From Podarcis vaucheri (lineage: Eukaryota), in the NCBI GenBank assembly GCA_965113315.1, contig OZ220364.1: a stretch of 64,000 nucleotides of DNA; one strand, given 5' to 3'. Below are positions 14,255-26,970 of this stretch, piece by piece. A program made the position numbers and the translations under genes. The notes under the pieces are model-generated. The model saw nothing but the letters and a program-made list of their open reading frames with translations, ran no database searches and was not told where the DNA came from. Within the stretch, counting starts at the first letter, position 1; every line of letters begins with the position of its first letter.

Positions 14255-14865
14255 GGAGGATCTCTGCAAACTGGGTGAAGGGGCATTAAAATGGCAAATA
14301 CTATTCAATGTTAGCAAGTCTAAAGTGACCTAGATTAGGGTAAAAACCCTTAACTTGACATATATGCTAATGTGGTCTCAACAGATGGTGAGTGACCAGG
14401 AAAGAGATGTTGAGGTCATAGTGGATTTGGTGCATCAACAGTGAAAAAAGTGAATTCCAAGTTAGGGATAATTAGGAAAGGGACTGAAAATAAAAATGCC
14501 AATATTATAATGCCATTCTACAAATTAATGGTGCGGCCACACTTGGAGTACAGTGGTACCTCAGGTTACAGACGCTTCAGGTTACAGACTCTGCTAACCC
14601 AGAAATAGTATCTCGGGTTAAGAACTTTGCTTCAGGATGAGAACAAAAATTACGCAGCAGCGGCATGGCGGCCCCATTAACTAAAGTGGTATCTCAGGTT
14701 AAGAACAGTTTCAGGTTAAGAACGGACCTCCACAACGAATTAAGTTCTTAACCCACGGTACCACTGTACAGTTCTGGTAAATGCACCTCAGAAAGGATAC
14801 TGTAGAGTGGGGAAAAGTGCAGAACAGGGTAATCAAAGTCATCAAGGCAGAGGAGCAACTCTCAA
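14255..14865 (+). mobile_element. CR1 ORF2 3' fragment interrupted by a Tc1/mariner MITE
   Basis: Encodes degenerate KKVNSKLGIIRKG, VRPHLEY and QFW CR1 motifs. Confidence 0.8.
14551..14766. mobile_element. Tc1/mariner (Tigger/pogo-like) MITE, family A
   Basis: TIR CAGTGGTACCTC.GGTTA, TA TSD; seven similar copies in the window. Confidence 0.92.
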
Positions 14866-16656
14866 GTTGTTGAGCTTTTTTTTTCAATTTCACCCCGAAG
14901 TTGCTGAGCTTTTTTTTAGGATTTTACCCCAGGACATGTACTGCCACGGGGGCCAGATTAAATTGACTGGGTTAGGCCCCCGAAACGGACTTTGGACATG
15001 CCTGCTCTAAACAGTTTTGGGACCACACTATTCCGGGGACCACCTACATCTGATTGATCCTGTCTGGGCATTATGATCTGCCTCAGAGGCTCTCTTGTAA
15101 GGTCAATTGGTCAGTAGGAACTTTTCAATGCTGGCTCTCAAATTGTGAAACTTTCTAGAGTTGTTCCCAACACTACAAACTTTTCAGAGTACTTTAAAAA
15201 CCTAGTTTAAGGTGGATAGTTCTTGTTTAATATCTGATGAATATTTTGTATTGAGAAGCTAGATTTAAAAAGCTAAGTGCATTAATTGCTATACATTGAA
15301 ATATATATTTTCTTCTATACTTGTGCAGTACACACAATGCTGGCAAAAGCAGTTGAAAACAGCATAATTAGATAAATTAGATAACTAATTGCACCATGTG
15401 TGAATAAGTCAGAAATTAAGTCAGATATTAACCTTCTGAGAAAATCCATTTGGTGATTCCAAGGGAACACACTTCCCTTATGATTGTTCCATTTGATTCT
15501 ATCTCAAAACATCTCGAGTCCAAAATTGCAAAGAAAGAACTAAGAGATAGTTCAGAGAACAAAAGGGAGCTCTCATTCACTGAACTGATAGAGCCTGCCT
15601 CCTCTGCAGAAGTTAAGAGGAGTCTTGAGAGGATGATGGTCCCCAAGCATAACCTTCAATGTCCACATGCCTCTTTCTGGTTGTGTAGAAAATATCACCT
15701 GCAGAAGTGTGATATGTGAATTCAATATGCAATAAGTTGCAAAAAAAGGAAAAAAGAGTACTTTCACCTCAAGTGATCTTTAGAGACTTGTCTCAACTAT
15801 GAACTGTTTTCTCCTTACACCTTTAACTGTGCAATTAACAGTAGATGCATTATTTCTAATTGTGGGTATTCAACTTTCTTCATTCAGTTCCGCAAAATGA
15901 AATAATTGCTCTGTTGGAAGGCATTGAGAATGGACTTTTAAATATGACCAAATCAAATTTTCTACAACAGTAATCAGTGACAGAACTCATTTCATGAGAA
16001 GCATTACAAACATCAAACACATCTGAAGGTGCAATTTGTACTGATTTAGTGAAATTCTAAAGGGTACTAGGGCAGTACCAGCGACCAGCTGAGAAAAAAT
16101 CATATTCAAGGCCAGTTTACCAATGTGAAAGTTTTTTTCCCCATTCCAAAATATATGCAATTTAGATACTCTAAATCCTTCTAATTGACAATTAAAAAGC
16201 AACTGGGTGAGGGATAAAATGTATGCACCCTCCCTGCAAAAAAGTACTGGAGCACAAGAGGCTCAAGATAATAAAGACAGGCTTGTAGATCATATGGACA
16301 GACCTTGAAACATTTAAACAAGGCAATAATATACATGAAGTATGTGTGGAAATGTTTTACTCAAAGCCATAGATTAGTTTACTGGCTACTTTTCAGGAAA
16401 ATAAGGAGCGTGCAAATAGCAAGCTTGCAATATTCAATTGAAGGAAGTATGGATGAAAGTAGAGTTTGTGACAGCAATAAAGTAGGCTGGTTCATTGGGC
16501 AGAGAAGACAGTGCTTGAGAAGAACTGCTGGGAAAAGGGCACAAATCCTTATTGATCACTGTTACAATTGCAAGTGTTTAAGCAGATTCATTAAATCAAA
16601 ACAAGCATAATACACTATGCATGTAAAGACTTGAATGGTAATTTCATGTAGTATTC

Positions 16657-16784
16657 CAGGTGTGGGAAACCTCTGGCTCTCCAGAAGTTGCTGAACTACA
16701 ACCCCAGCAAGCATGGCCAATGGTCGGGAAGGATGAGAGATGGAGTCCAGCAGCATCTGGACAGCCAAAGGTTCCCTACACCTA
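16657..16784. mobile_element. Short palindromic hAT MITE (related: 20651-20787, 43964-44102, about 8337-8470)
   Basis: Near-palindromic; TSD TAGTATTC/TAGTATGC. Confidence 0.75.
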
Positions 16785-19020
16785 TAGTATGCTATTGGAA
16801 AGGGAAGAAAAAAACACATTTTCAGTTACTGTACTTTCATTGTTTATCATAACACTTTAAGCCAGACAGAAATTCCTAATTATATAGTGGCAACCAAGCC
16901 CAACATACTCTAGCAATTTGTAGGTAATTTGAGTACAACTTCTCAATCTTTCCTACCCTTTGAAACATTTCAAACACAGAATATTGCATAAACGTTTCCT
17001 CTTCCTAGCTATGCTTACACAGCCCTCCCACTGCAGTGTTAAACCTACAGCATTACCATAGCAACCCCACCAATCACAACAGTTACTTTAGAGTCCTTAA
17101 ATATTATTTGACAGGTGGCTATCAGGAAAAGATATTAACCTACAGAACGTGGAATGGGCTATATAAGAATATGAATGCTGATCACTAATTGTCTGCTACT
17201 TCTAGAGTAAATGTTGTTACAGGAAGCATTACAGGCCACTGCTACTAATTTGGTTATTTATTCACACTTAGTGGGTTGGGTCTTTGGCTGCATTACCAAA
17301 CAGATCTATTCTTCCAGACTAAAATGTAACACAGGTTAGATACAGAAAAGGTTTCAAAACCTGCTGTATATTCTACAAGTGTTGATTCATATTGTTAATG
17401 ACACCAGAGAGCTAGAACAGCACAACATTGAGTATTTAGGGGGTTGTTGTTGTTGTTTACTACATTGAGCTGGATTGAATTAACCTGGTAGCCTAAGACC
17501 TCCTCGTGTAATGGAGCCCTTCACCTTCTCCCACAATCTGCTCTGAATACCTAGAACCTCTAGAACAGCACACGGGGAGGAGAGATGTTCTACCTGCCAA
17601 GCAGTGCTTGCACTGACAGAATGATCGTATTACCGTAGTGGGACATTGAATTCCACCCATTATTATTATTTTTGTTGCAAAGATAAATTGCTCCCTATAA
17701 TTCTAACCAAAAAAGGGTCAACATTATAATTTTATTACATTTTTACACCACCCCTTTTCCAAGAGAAGGGCCTCTCCTTTCAGTCTCACACCCACCCTGT
17801 GAGGTAGGCTTAAGTTGAGAGATAATGACTAATGCAATGAGCTTCATGAAAGGGTATAGACATTTGAACCCGTTCAGCATTGGATTATTTAAAAACATTC
17901 TGCTAAAAAAATTTGAGAAGACCTGCCAATTTAGCCATCAACACGCTTAGATGGCCTTGGGGAAGTCACTGTCCTCTTGGCTTGAACTCCATCTGCAGTA
18001 TGAGAAACTGATACTTGTCTGCCCTACAGGGCTATCACAAGGATTACTGAAACGTATGTGCCTTGAAGCATCAACGTATATATTATGGATAGACCCAACA
18101 TGCTGAAAATACACATTAAGAATAGATCCCAAATAATTAGCAAAAGTTATTTCAAAATAAATTGAAAAGGAAATTTGGGTCTGATTAGTGACTCTTGAGG
18201 GTGACTGTACATTTGAGGAAAAAACCTGTTTGGCTTCAGCTGCAATTCGCATCAGGTCACATCAACCCCTTGCATTGTTTGTCTTATGAGGTAATCAGCT
18301 AAGTTAATGTAAAGAAGCCTCTACAAACAAACAAAACCAAGCACAAAACTGAAGTTGATGATGTGACAGAATGCTACCGGGATGAAAATCTAAATCAGCA
18401 GCAAATCTGGAAGTTAACTGCATGCTTCTAGTACATTATTCAGCAAAACACAACGTTATTCAGTCACACAGCGTGTCTTCTCCATTTGGGCCTCCTATTA
18501 TGATCTGAGAACACCCACACACTTCTGGAGAAGAAACCCATACAAAGATTCAGCGCCCGGGCTACACCACTACACAGCCCAGAGGCTCTGCGAAATCTAA
18601 AACCCAGCACTGCACATTCGGGCACTTTTCATGGTATTTTCAAGAGTTATTTTTGCTTTTAAAAAAAAGAACGCCAAGGCCGCCGAGGAGGGAAAAGAGC
18701 AGCTCGACAAACAAGAGAGGAAACACCACCCTTCCTCCACCCCAAACAATCGACAGAAACTTATGTTTTAAAGCTAAAGGAGGGCCGCCGTGGGGAGACC
18801 CCGCCTGGCATCCCCGCTGGGCTCACCTGGAGACCCGCCACCCGCTTGGAACAGGCAGTTCCCGAACTCCACCCAAAGGGGGAAGGCGGCGGCTGAGCCA
18901 CCTCTTCTCGCACCAGGAAAATAAAAGGCTCGGGCGGCCCCGTCACCCACAGGCAGAGGGAGGCTCCACTCCCCCCACCCCCACCCCGCCTTAGCTTGTG
19001 GCCCCTCGCCCGCCCACGTA

Positions 19021-19044
19021 GTGTGTGTGTGTGTGTGTGTGTGT
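19021..19044. repeat. (GT)12 microsatellite in RHOA intron 1
   Basis: Direct reading. Confidence 0.9.
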
Positions 19045-19241
19045 GGGCACTTCCTACTCTAACCGCCTCACCAGGAAGAGCGGAGGAAATTCCCGCTCCC
19101 TCAGTGGCCACTGGCTGTCGGGTGGGGCAGGCCGCACAGGGAGCGGCCACGCAGGGCCAGGAGCCTCTCCGCTCCCGCGTTCCTCGCCTACCGCCGCCCT
19201 CGCCCCCTTCGCTGACCCCGCGGCCTCTCCGACTGCTCTAC

Positions 19242-19390
19242 CTGAGAGGGCTCCTCCGCTGCGTCTCCCCGGCGCTGCTTCCTTTCTCCTTCTACGGGCC
19301 CAAACTCCGGCAGCGGCTGAGGAGGAACGGAAACCAGCGGGGCGGGTCGAGCCGAGAGGAAAGCGCGTTCACGCTCTCATACAAAAAAAC
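19242..19390 (-). other. RHOA: Probable non-coding exon 1 (5' UTR) of RHOA; TSS approximate
   Basis: Lies in the main unique-sequence CpG island upstream of the RHOA coding exon; donor CTCAG|GTAGAG at 19241; implies an intron at 576-19241, matching the known RHOA layout of a non-coding exon 1 plus long intron 1. Confidence 0.65.
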
Positions 19391-20650
19391 GCGACGTGCG
19401 CGTTCCCGCCCCTTCGCGTCTCGGCGGCCAATCGGCGTCCGCGGCGCGGGGGCTGCTGGGAGGAGGCGCTATAAAAGGACGCAATCTATTTGTGAACAGG
19501 CTCTTAACTTTCCCGACGGCGTCGAAGGAGGAAGCCTGGAGGGGCGGGGGGGGGGCGGTGAGGGAGCCGGGACTGGGTGTGCGCATGTTTACGTGCAGCG
19601 GAGGTAAAGCAGGAGTCAAGGCCGCGCCTCCTCCTACCTTCACCTGCGTCCGCACGGGCTGAGTTGTTTGGGCTGGGCTAGGCGAGCAGGAAGGAGTTCA
19701 GGAAAAACAGGGCCGGGCGTGTGACGGGCACCTGCCGTGGCGCGCCTATCGGGAAAGAGAGCAATCGCCGGATGAGCCCCTTCCTTTGAGAATCTGTGCT
19801 TTGCTTTTTCTGAGTCTACTGTTGCCCCACAACGGGGGTGGGTGGGGGGAAAGAAACAAGTTGCCCCACGGCGAGAGGGAAGAGAGCTCTTCAAAGGTCG
19901 GGCGTTCCTCTTCGTTTGCCTTTTGTTCTTGTTTGGTCTTAAATCACTACAGAAACCTGGAACCCCTTCTGCCAATGATGATGATGATATTAATAATAAT
20001 AATTTATTATTTATACCCCAGTCACTCTGGGCGGCTTCCAACAGAATATTAATAGTAATAATAAAAAGTGATAAAACATTGAACACTTAAAAACTTCACT
20101 AAAAGATAACTGCGGAATGGATGCCTGCCACAAGGGATGTTGGCTTTGTTGTCTTCGTCCATCTTTGAAACCCTGCAAAAAGCTTAGTCCTGGGCCCCTG
20201 TCTCTGCCTGGCAACATGTTCTGTCCCCTCCCACGGAATATAAAGCGAGTTCACCATAGTTATTTACTGTCAGCCATAGGAAACTGTCTTAGAGAAATTC
20301 AGACCATTGCCTGTACCAGGAGTCAGGATGAGCAACTTAGGCCCCGGGCCAAGTGGGCTCTTCCCTGGACTACATCTCTCGAGAACCCCACTTGGCACTC
20401 TCCTTGAATGCCTTTTCCTTGACTGGAATGTGTCCCTGAACTTTGATAATGTCTCCAGCTTGCCTTGATGAAAGAGAGGTGTGTGTGCATGTGTAAAGTG
20501 TCTTACTTTACAAAGGTAAAATTCACGTATGTGTCTCTGTCCACTTTTGCATGTTTACCCCCCAGAAAGTTGAATGAGAGGAATGCAGTCCTTGGCCTCA
20601 AAATAGTTCCCCAATCCTTACCTTCACCTGCTGCTAGCAGCTCCTTTGGG

Positions 20651-20787
20651 CAGGCATCCCCAAACTCGGCCCTCCAGCTGTTTTGGGACTACAATTCCCA
20701 TCCCCCCTGACCACTGGTCCTGTTAGCTAGGGATGATGGGGAGTTGTAGTCTCAAAACAGCTGGAGGGCTGAGTTTGGGGATGCCTG
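20651..20787. mobile_element. Short palindromic hAT MITE, young
   Basis: Long TIR CAGGCATCCCCAAACTC..CCCTCCAGCTGTTTTG; TSD CCTTTGGG/CCTTAGGG. Confidence 0.88.
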
Positions 20788-21835
20788 CCTTAGGGTTTGG
20801 GGCAGGGATTATCCAGACCTACCTGGGGATGGTGGGGACTGAATCCAGAACCTTCTGCATGAAAAGCAGGTCCTACACCACTGAAATATCAACCGTTTTA
20901 ACATTTTTTTCAACAGCCACCCCATTGAAACACCTTTTCTATAATTTGAGAGAGACTATTATATGCTATTACACAAGCAAGGTGTCTCTGCAATGCTTGC
21001 TCGAAATAATGATTATAGTTATCAGGTGGGAGTTTATAATAAAAGCAGCACTGGCTTTTTACAGCCTTTGATGATCTTCTTTGAAAAGAAACACAGCAGG
21101 AATCAAGTTTTGTACACCAAACAATAAATGTTAATATCAACTTTGGCCTGCAGCTATAATGTATATTCCATTTATTATAAAATGTTCTCTGTGCATGTTT
21201 GTTTATGTTCTTCAGCTCTACTGCGCACACAGCATTGAAGATCAGGCTGGTTAGAATTTGTGTATAATATGAAAGTGATAGGAAATGAGGGAATGCGTTA
21301 ACAAAAAATGAATTAATGTTTGGCCCTTATGTCTTTTAATTTTATTAGTCATTTGTATATATGCTTTAGCTGGGGAAACCAGCAAAACTATGAGTGAATT
21401 TTAGTAAGCTAATTATTTGCAGTTAATTTCAAGCAGAATCTGTTTTCTGACAGAAAATAGAAAAATAAGCCCCAAATCTTGTAACTTACCCTGCCCTTCT
21501 ATTTGCAAACATTGCCTGTGGAATGTGTCCCTAAACACCCATAATGGTTCTCGCATGACTGGATGGATGATAGGGTATGTGTGAGTGTATGTTTACCCTT
21601 TCTACCTTATTGTATGAAGGGTAAAATATCTTATTGGTTACTCTGCCCACTTTTGTCTCTGCCCCTTCTGGCACATTGTCAAGAGTGACAATGGTTCCTG
21701 AACTCTGCTGAAAACGATTGCCAGGATATATTTTACTTAAGAGAGTAAAAGTGAAATTGCTGCAACTTGCTCAGGGGAACAATTTGGTATTCCTGTCTTG
21801 GATACAGAACAACAATTCTAAAAGCAATAAAAATA

Positions 21836-22069
21836 CAGTGGTACGTCTGGTTACGAACTTAATTCATTCCAGGGGTCCATTCTTAAGTTGAAACCGTTCT
21901 TATCCTGAGGTGTGCTTTCGCCAATGGCACCTCCCACTGTGCACGTGCCTCCCGCTCACATCCCGGGGCAAAGTTCGCAACCGGGAGCTACTACTGTACT
22001 TCCGGGTTAGCAGAGCTCGTAACCCGAAGTGTGCGCAACCAGAAGCGTTCTTATCCAGAGGTACCCCTG
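21836..22069. mobile_element. Tc1/mariner MITE, divergent relative of family A
   Basis: CAGTGGTACGTCTGGTTA ... GAGGTACCCCTG, TA flanks. Confidence 0.8.
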
Positions 22070-22172
22070 TAGTGACAGAAAGTGTAAAATGGTTCATTAG
22101 GGGGTTCATTATGAAAATAACTACTGATAGGGGAGGGAGTATATTACAAGATGTCCTGCTTCCAACTCTATA

Positions 22173-22367
22173 CAGTGGTACCTCAGGTTACAGATGCTTC
22201 AGGTTACAGACTCCGATAACCCAGAAATAGTACCTCAGGATGAGAGCAGAAATTGTGTGGCAGTGGCAGGGGGAGCCCCATTAGCTAAAGTGGTACCTCA
22301 GGTTAAGAACAGTTTCAGGTTAACAGACCTCCAGGACGAATTAAGTTCTTAACCCGAGGTACCACTG
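22173..22367. mobile_element. Tc1/mariner MITE family A
   Basis: TIRs and TA TSD. Confidence 0.92.
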
Positions 22368-22857
22368 TACACCTCCAGTGAAATTGGCAGCACTGGTTGA
22401 GGAGTAGACTTGCTACATTAAATGGAAAACTACAGTGGGGGTGATGGTTTGATTAATTCAGACAAAGAGCTTGAAATTCATTGTAAGACACTCTCACAGT
22501 AGTTTGATCAGTTTAAATTTATTGATCTAACTCTGTTCCTTGTGGGGGAAAGGTCTGTTAAACTGCTCTGGAAACTAGACCTATGAGGGGAACAGGCACT
22601 TCCTAACTCGGCACCCTTAACTAACTACAGTTCTCAAGATTTTTTTGTGGTATGCTACTGCTTTAAGTGTATAGTGCAAATGGGGCTTTAGTTCCCATAG
22701 ATGCTCTTCTTAAATGTATTACAGAACTGGCCCCATGGAGACGTTTCTTATTGTTTCATTTGGCTGTATACCATATACAGAAACTACTTCCTAGAAAAAC
22801 CACTGGATGGCACCAGCACCTCATCATTTAAAAGGCCATGGACCATGCAGTACCAAG

Positions 22858-23487
22858 AATAATAGAATCATAGAGTTGGAATAGACCACAAGGGCCATCG
22901 AGTCCAACCCCCTGCCAAGCAGGAAACACCATCAGAGCACTCCTGACGTATGGTTGTCAAGCCTCTGCTTAAAGACCTCCAAAGTAGGAGACTCCACCAC
23001 ACTCCTTGGCAGCAAATTCCACTGTCAAACAGCTCTTACTGTCAGGAAGTTCTTCCTAATGTTTAGGTGGAATCTTCTTTCTTGTATTTTGGATCCATTG
23101 CTCCGTGTCCGCTTCTCTGGAGCAGCAGAAAACAACCTTTCTCCCTCCTCTATATGACATCATTTTATATATTTGAACATGGCTATCATATCACCCCTTA
23201 ACCTCCTCTTCTCCAGGCTAAACATGCCCAGCTCCCTTAGCCGTTCCTCATAAGGCATTGTTTCCAGGCCTTTGACCATTTTGGTTGCCCTCCTCTGGAC
23301 ACGTTCCAGTTTGTCAGTGTCCTTGAACTGTGGTGCCCAGAACTGGACACAGTACTCCAGGTGTGGTCTGACCAGAGCAGAATACAGTGGCACTATTACT
23401 TCCCTTGATCTAGATGCTATACTCCTATTGATGCAGCCCAGAATTGCATTGGCTTTTTTAGCTGCTGCGTCACACTGTTGGCTCATG
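22858..23487 (-). mobile_element. Young 5'-truncated CR1 LINE
   Basis: [49 protein letters not shown]...RRLRGDMI; CR1 3' UTR with ATTCTA(TG) tail. Confidence 0.95.
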
Positions 23488-23739
23488 TACCTCCCCCACC
23501 CCACGCTGCAATGCACCTTTTGAGCTTACTAATGTTTCATGGTTCTCCCCAGTGGATGATTAAAAGAAAGCTAATTGGTTCATAATTCAACATATTCTCA
23601 TGACTGTTCCCCAGAGCCTTACAGTAAACTTCTCCCTATGGTGAAGACTCTGCTCAAGTCAAACATGGACATATAAATTAGCAGGATATCAGCGAATGCT
23701 ACTGCATTTCTATATCAGAGGTCCAAAATTATATGCAAA

Positions 23740-24166
23740 CAGGGCTGTCTTTAGCAGATGCGGCGCCAGGGTGCAAATATCTGCCCAGCACCCCCAAATT
23801 ACCATGGATAGTGGGGTGGTGGGGTGGCTGTAGCTGTGCACTGCCAGCCATCGGGGGGAGGGGGACACAACTACCCCCCATGCCACTGCAGGAGAGCAAT
23901 GATCACAGGCTCAGGAGTGAAGTTGCGCCCTTCCAAGCCTCTGCAGGAGAGCACAGCTTCCCTCCCAAGCCTTGGGAGGAGAGTGTTCCCCGCAGAGGTT
24001 TGGGAGGGAAGCTGCATGCCTGTCAGCCTTATTGTTGGCAGGGCACAGCTGACGGGTGTGCAGAGAAAGGGGAGGCCGCTGGCAAAGCCTCGCAGCTCCC
24101 CACTTGCTGGGGTGCCCCTGAGAGGCTGGCGCGACACACCACTAAGCCCTATGGGAAAGACGGCTG
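23740..24166. mobile_element. Non-autonomous hAT-like element
   Basis: CAGGGCTGTCTTT / AAAGACGGCTG termini; perfect 8-bp TSD TATGCAAA. Confidence 0.8.
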
Positions 24167-24539
24167 TATGCAAACGAGTCAAATGAAATTTTGATGTGGA
24201 CTTATGGTTTGCCGCTGCAAGGGGAGAAGGAAGCTGGCACCGCTATCACAATGACCCGGCTGCTGCTTTTTTGGAGTAGTTCAGAGGCAATAAGCAGCCT
24301 GAAGGAGGTCCTGGGGATGACCGGGACATTGAGGGGTCCTGTGGCAACCAAAGCGAGCTCCCAACAGGCACATTCATATCTATTTGGTATATTGACTGGA
24401 GAACAAAAAGTGAGTCTTCTCCAGAAATGCTTGCTGCCCTGCATGGGAACAAGTTGTTTGAAGAAAGCAAGGTAACAATAAAAGTCTGCCATCAAAAATA
24501 AAGGAAGGGGGTAGGGTGGTCAAGTTGAAAAGCTTAAGT

Positions 24540-25255
24540 GACGGATGACTTAAAATTCAGCTGGTATGCATGTCTTTAGTATGGGAAAGCAAAAATTTAT
24601 AAGAGTTCTATGAACCACGTTCTTGGGAAGAATTTGTATAGAGTCCGGGAAAAATATAAAAATCTTCTAGAAAGAAAAACATTTTTATGGTTATCCCTCG
24701 TTGGAGCAATTGCAATTAAGAGGACAGATAATGGGTGCCTTACAGGGGGCAAACTCAGACTGAAATGTATAATTCCTGTCTAAAATGTATAATTTTTTAT
24801 TAGAATGGGAGACAAAAGATGAGCTAATTATAGCACCAATTACACACTGGGCAATAGATACAGGACACAGTATAGATTGCAACCTCTGGGAGAAACATCG
24901 GAAAAGTGATTTGAAATTTACTGTGTTATTTTCTGAAAGAGAACTATTTGAAAATGATTCATAGATGTTATTTAACTCCGAGTGGGTTAGCTAAGATTCA
25001 TAAAGCAGAACAAGATGTGTTGGAAATGTAAAGAAATGGGAGGAACCTTCTTTTTATAGGTGGTGGACATGTCAAAAGGTAAAATAATATTGGGAAATTA
25101 TTTACGATGAGTTGAAAAAAAATGCTTAAATTTACCTTCCCCCAAAAGCCAGAGTCCTTTTTGTTGGGAATAACCCAGACAGAAATCCCCAGGTGCCAGA
25201 AAAGTTTATGTATGCAACAACAGCAGCCCATGTTGTTACCCAAAAATGGAAATTA
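24540..25255 (+). mobile_element. Degraded L1-clade ORF2 C-terminal fragment
   Basis: Similar to 12100-13100, including the CWKCKE.G.F..WW region and KPESFLLG. Confidence 0.75.
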
Positions 25256-26743
25256 TCGGATCTGCCCTTTTCAAGCAGAAGTACCTGTTTTCAGATCACT
25301 GCCCTATGACATTTTGTAAAGTGTGGTCACACAAATAGAATTTACCTAGATGATGTAATTGACCATATAGTTAAATACAGAATAATGTAGTGTTATAAGT
25401 AATCTGGTCCAGAATTTGTTGTTTTAGAAAAGTTTTATGTATTTAACAGCAGTGGCCCGTCTTCTGTTAGCCCCAAAAGGGAAAGTGAGCGAGGTTCTTG
25501 TAAAGAATCAGGGTTTGTCTTCCTGTTCTTGAACTTCTTGGGAGACATCTGGGTTGACTTATCTTAGAAACTGGATGCTGAAATTGATGGAGCCTTGGCC
25601 TGTTCCAACAGGTCTTATCCATTCTTGGCCAGGGTGGAGAAGAGGGGGACAACGCAACTGAGCAGGCCCCAATGTTGTCTCTGCCTGCCTTCCTCACTTT
25701 CCTTCTTCACAGGGCAGATGGGCTGGCGAAGGTGCACATATTTTTCTAGATGTGGGTTAGCTTAGCATATGGCCTCCAGCTGTTGCTAGACTCCAACCCA
25801 TCAGCATGGGCACCGGTCAGGTTCCTCACGCTGCTCTGATGCATTAGGTCACCCGAAAACTATGAACTTGTCCCTCTGACTTTCTGATAATACCTCTTTC
25901 AGCCAGGCCAGAAATGTAGTTCCAAGAGGCAGGAGACAGGTGTCCTTGCTCCCTCATAGGATATATGAAGCACAAACAGAAATTCTATTGCTGAAGCCTG
26001 TTATGTTGAATACTTGGCAGTACCAAGTTCAGGATAGTGTGACATAAAGCAATGCTTCAGCCTGCCCTTTTACAACCCTCTATATTAACTTTTAACTACG
26101 TAAGAGTAAGGTGATGTATATCCTGTGCCATTTATCCAGTTTTAGTCAGAGAATTGATCAGATTCACCTCCTTGACCTCTAAAGCCTTAAAGATTCAGTA
26201 AATAAATACCACAGGCAAATGCTTGAGTAAACAATGTTAATGCTCCCTCCTCCCAAACTATGATTTCTCAGAGCTCCGTAAAAATTGGTTATTGCCAAAT
26301 TTAAGCTTCGAGGCCAAATGGGAGTTGACAGTTTCCCCTTAGGAGAGATGAGTCAATACTGAGAAAAGCATGCAAGTCTGGAAAAAAGATAGTAAGAACT
26401 TACTGGAAGTGAAAAGTGGGCCTGCTCTTGTCTTAGTAATTTAATTGCAGTAGAAAATGCCTCTGGTAGTTGACTTAAGAAACAGCATCATCTCTCTGAA
26501 TATCCCATTTCACTCAAGATTGTTTTATTTCAGTTCACCTTTGTGCTACAATAGCTCCTTACTGCCCAGTAGCTGAAGAAAAATTTGAAGTGTCCAGAAT
26601 AGAAGCAATGTGCACATGGATTCTGTCAAAAAACTATTGTTTTAAGCCTGACTGAGACCTCATTGAGGTAGATGTACATTATCAACAAGGCAGAGATAAG
26701 GCCTCTCATAAAAGCAACCTTTTTATAGCACCCATGACCTGTA

Positions 26744-26970
26744 CAGTGGTACCTCAGGTTAAGTACTTAATTCGTTCCGGAGGTCTGTTCTTAACCTGAA
26801 ACTGTTCTTAACCTGAAGCACCACTTTAGCTAATGGGGCCTCCTGCTGCCGCCGCGCTGCTGGAGAACGATTTCTGTTCTCATCTGTTCTGTTCTGTTCT
26901 GAACCTGAGGTACTATTTCTGGGTTAGTGGAGTCTGTAACCTGAAGCATATGTAACCTGAGATACCACTG
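26744..26970. mobile_element. Tc1/mariner MITE family A (opposite orientation)
   Basis: TIRs and TA TSD. Confidence 0.92.

Larger units (their letters stand above)
18660..19920. promoter_or_regulatory. CpG-island promoter of RHOA, possibly bidirectional
   Basis: High GC and CpG density; GC box CCCGCCCC 19405-19412, CCAAT 19428-19432, plus-strand TATAAAAG 19470-19477, partial NRF1-like TGCGCATG near 19580. Confidence 0.8.

Noticed and set aside
15428-15719. Protein-like plus ORF (SKHLESKIAKKELRDSSENKRE); similar case at 1696-1920
   Set aside because: No recognisable homology, no convincing splice sites, antisense within RHOA intron 1.
18653-20090. Many long ORFs around the RHOA promoter, including a possible TCTA
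   Set aside because: Typical stop-poor CpG-island ORFs with low-complexity R/P/G/A content; none resembles TCTA.
23160-23516. 118-aa ORF as a host gene
   Set aside because: It is the C-terminus of CR1 ORF2 in a 5'-truncated copy.
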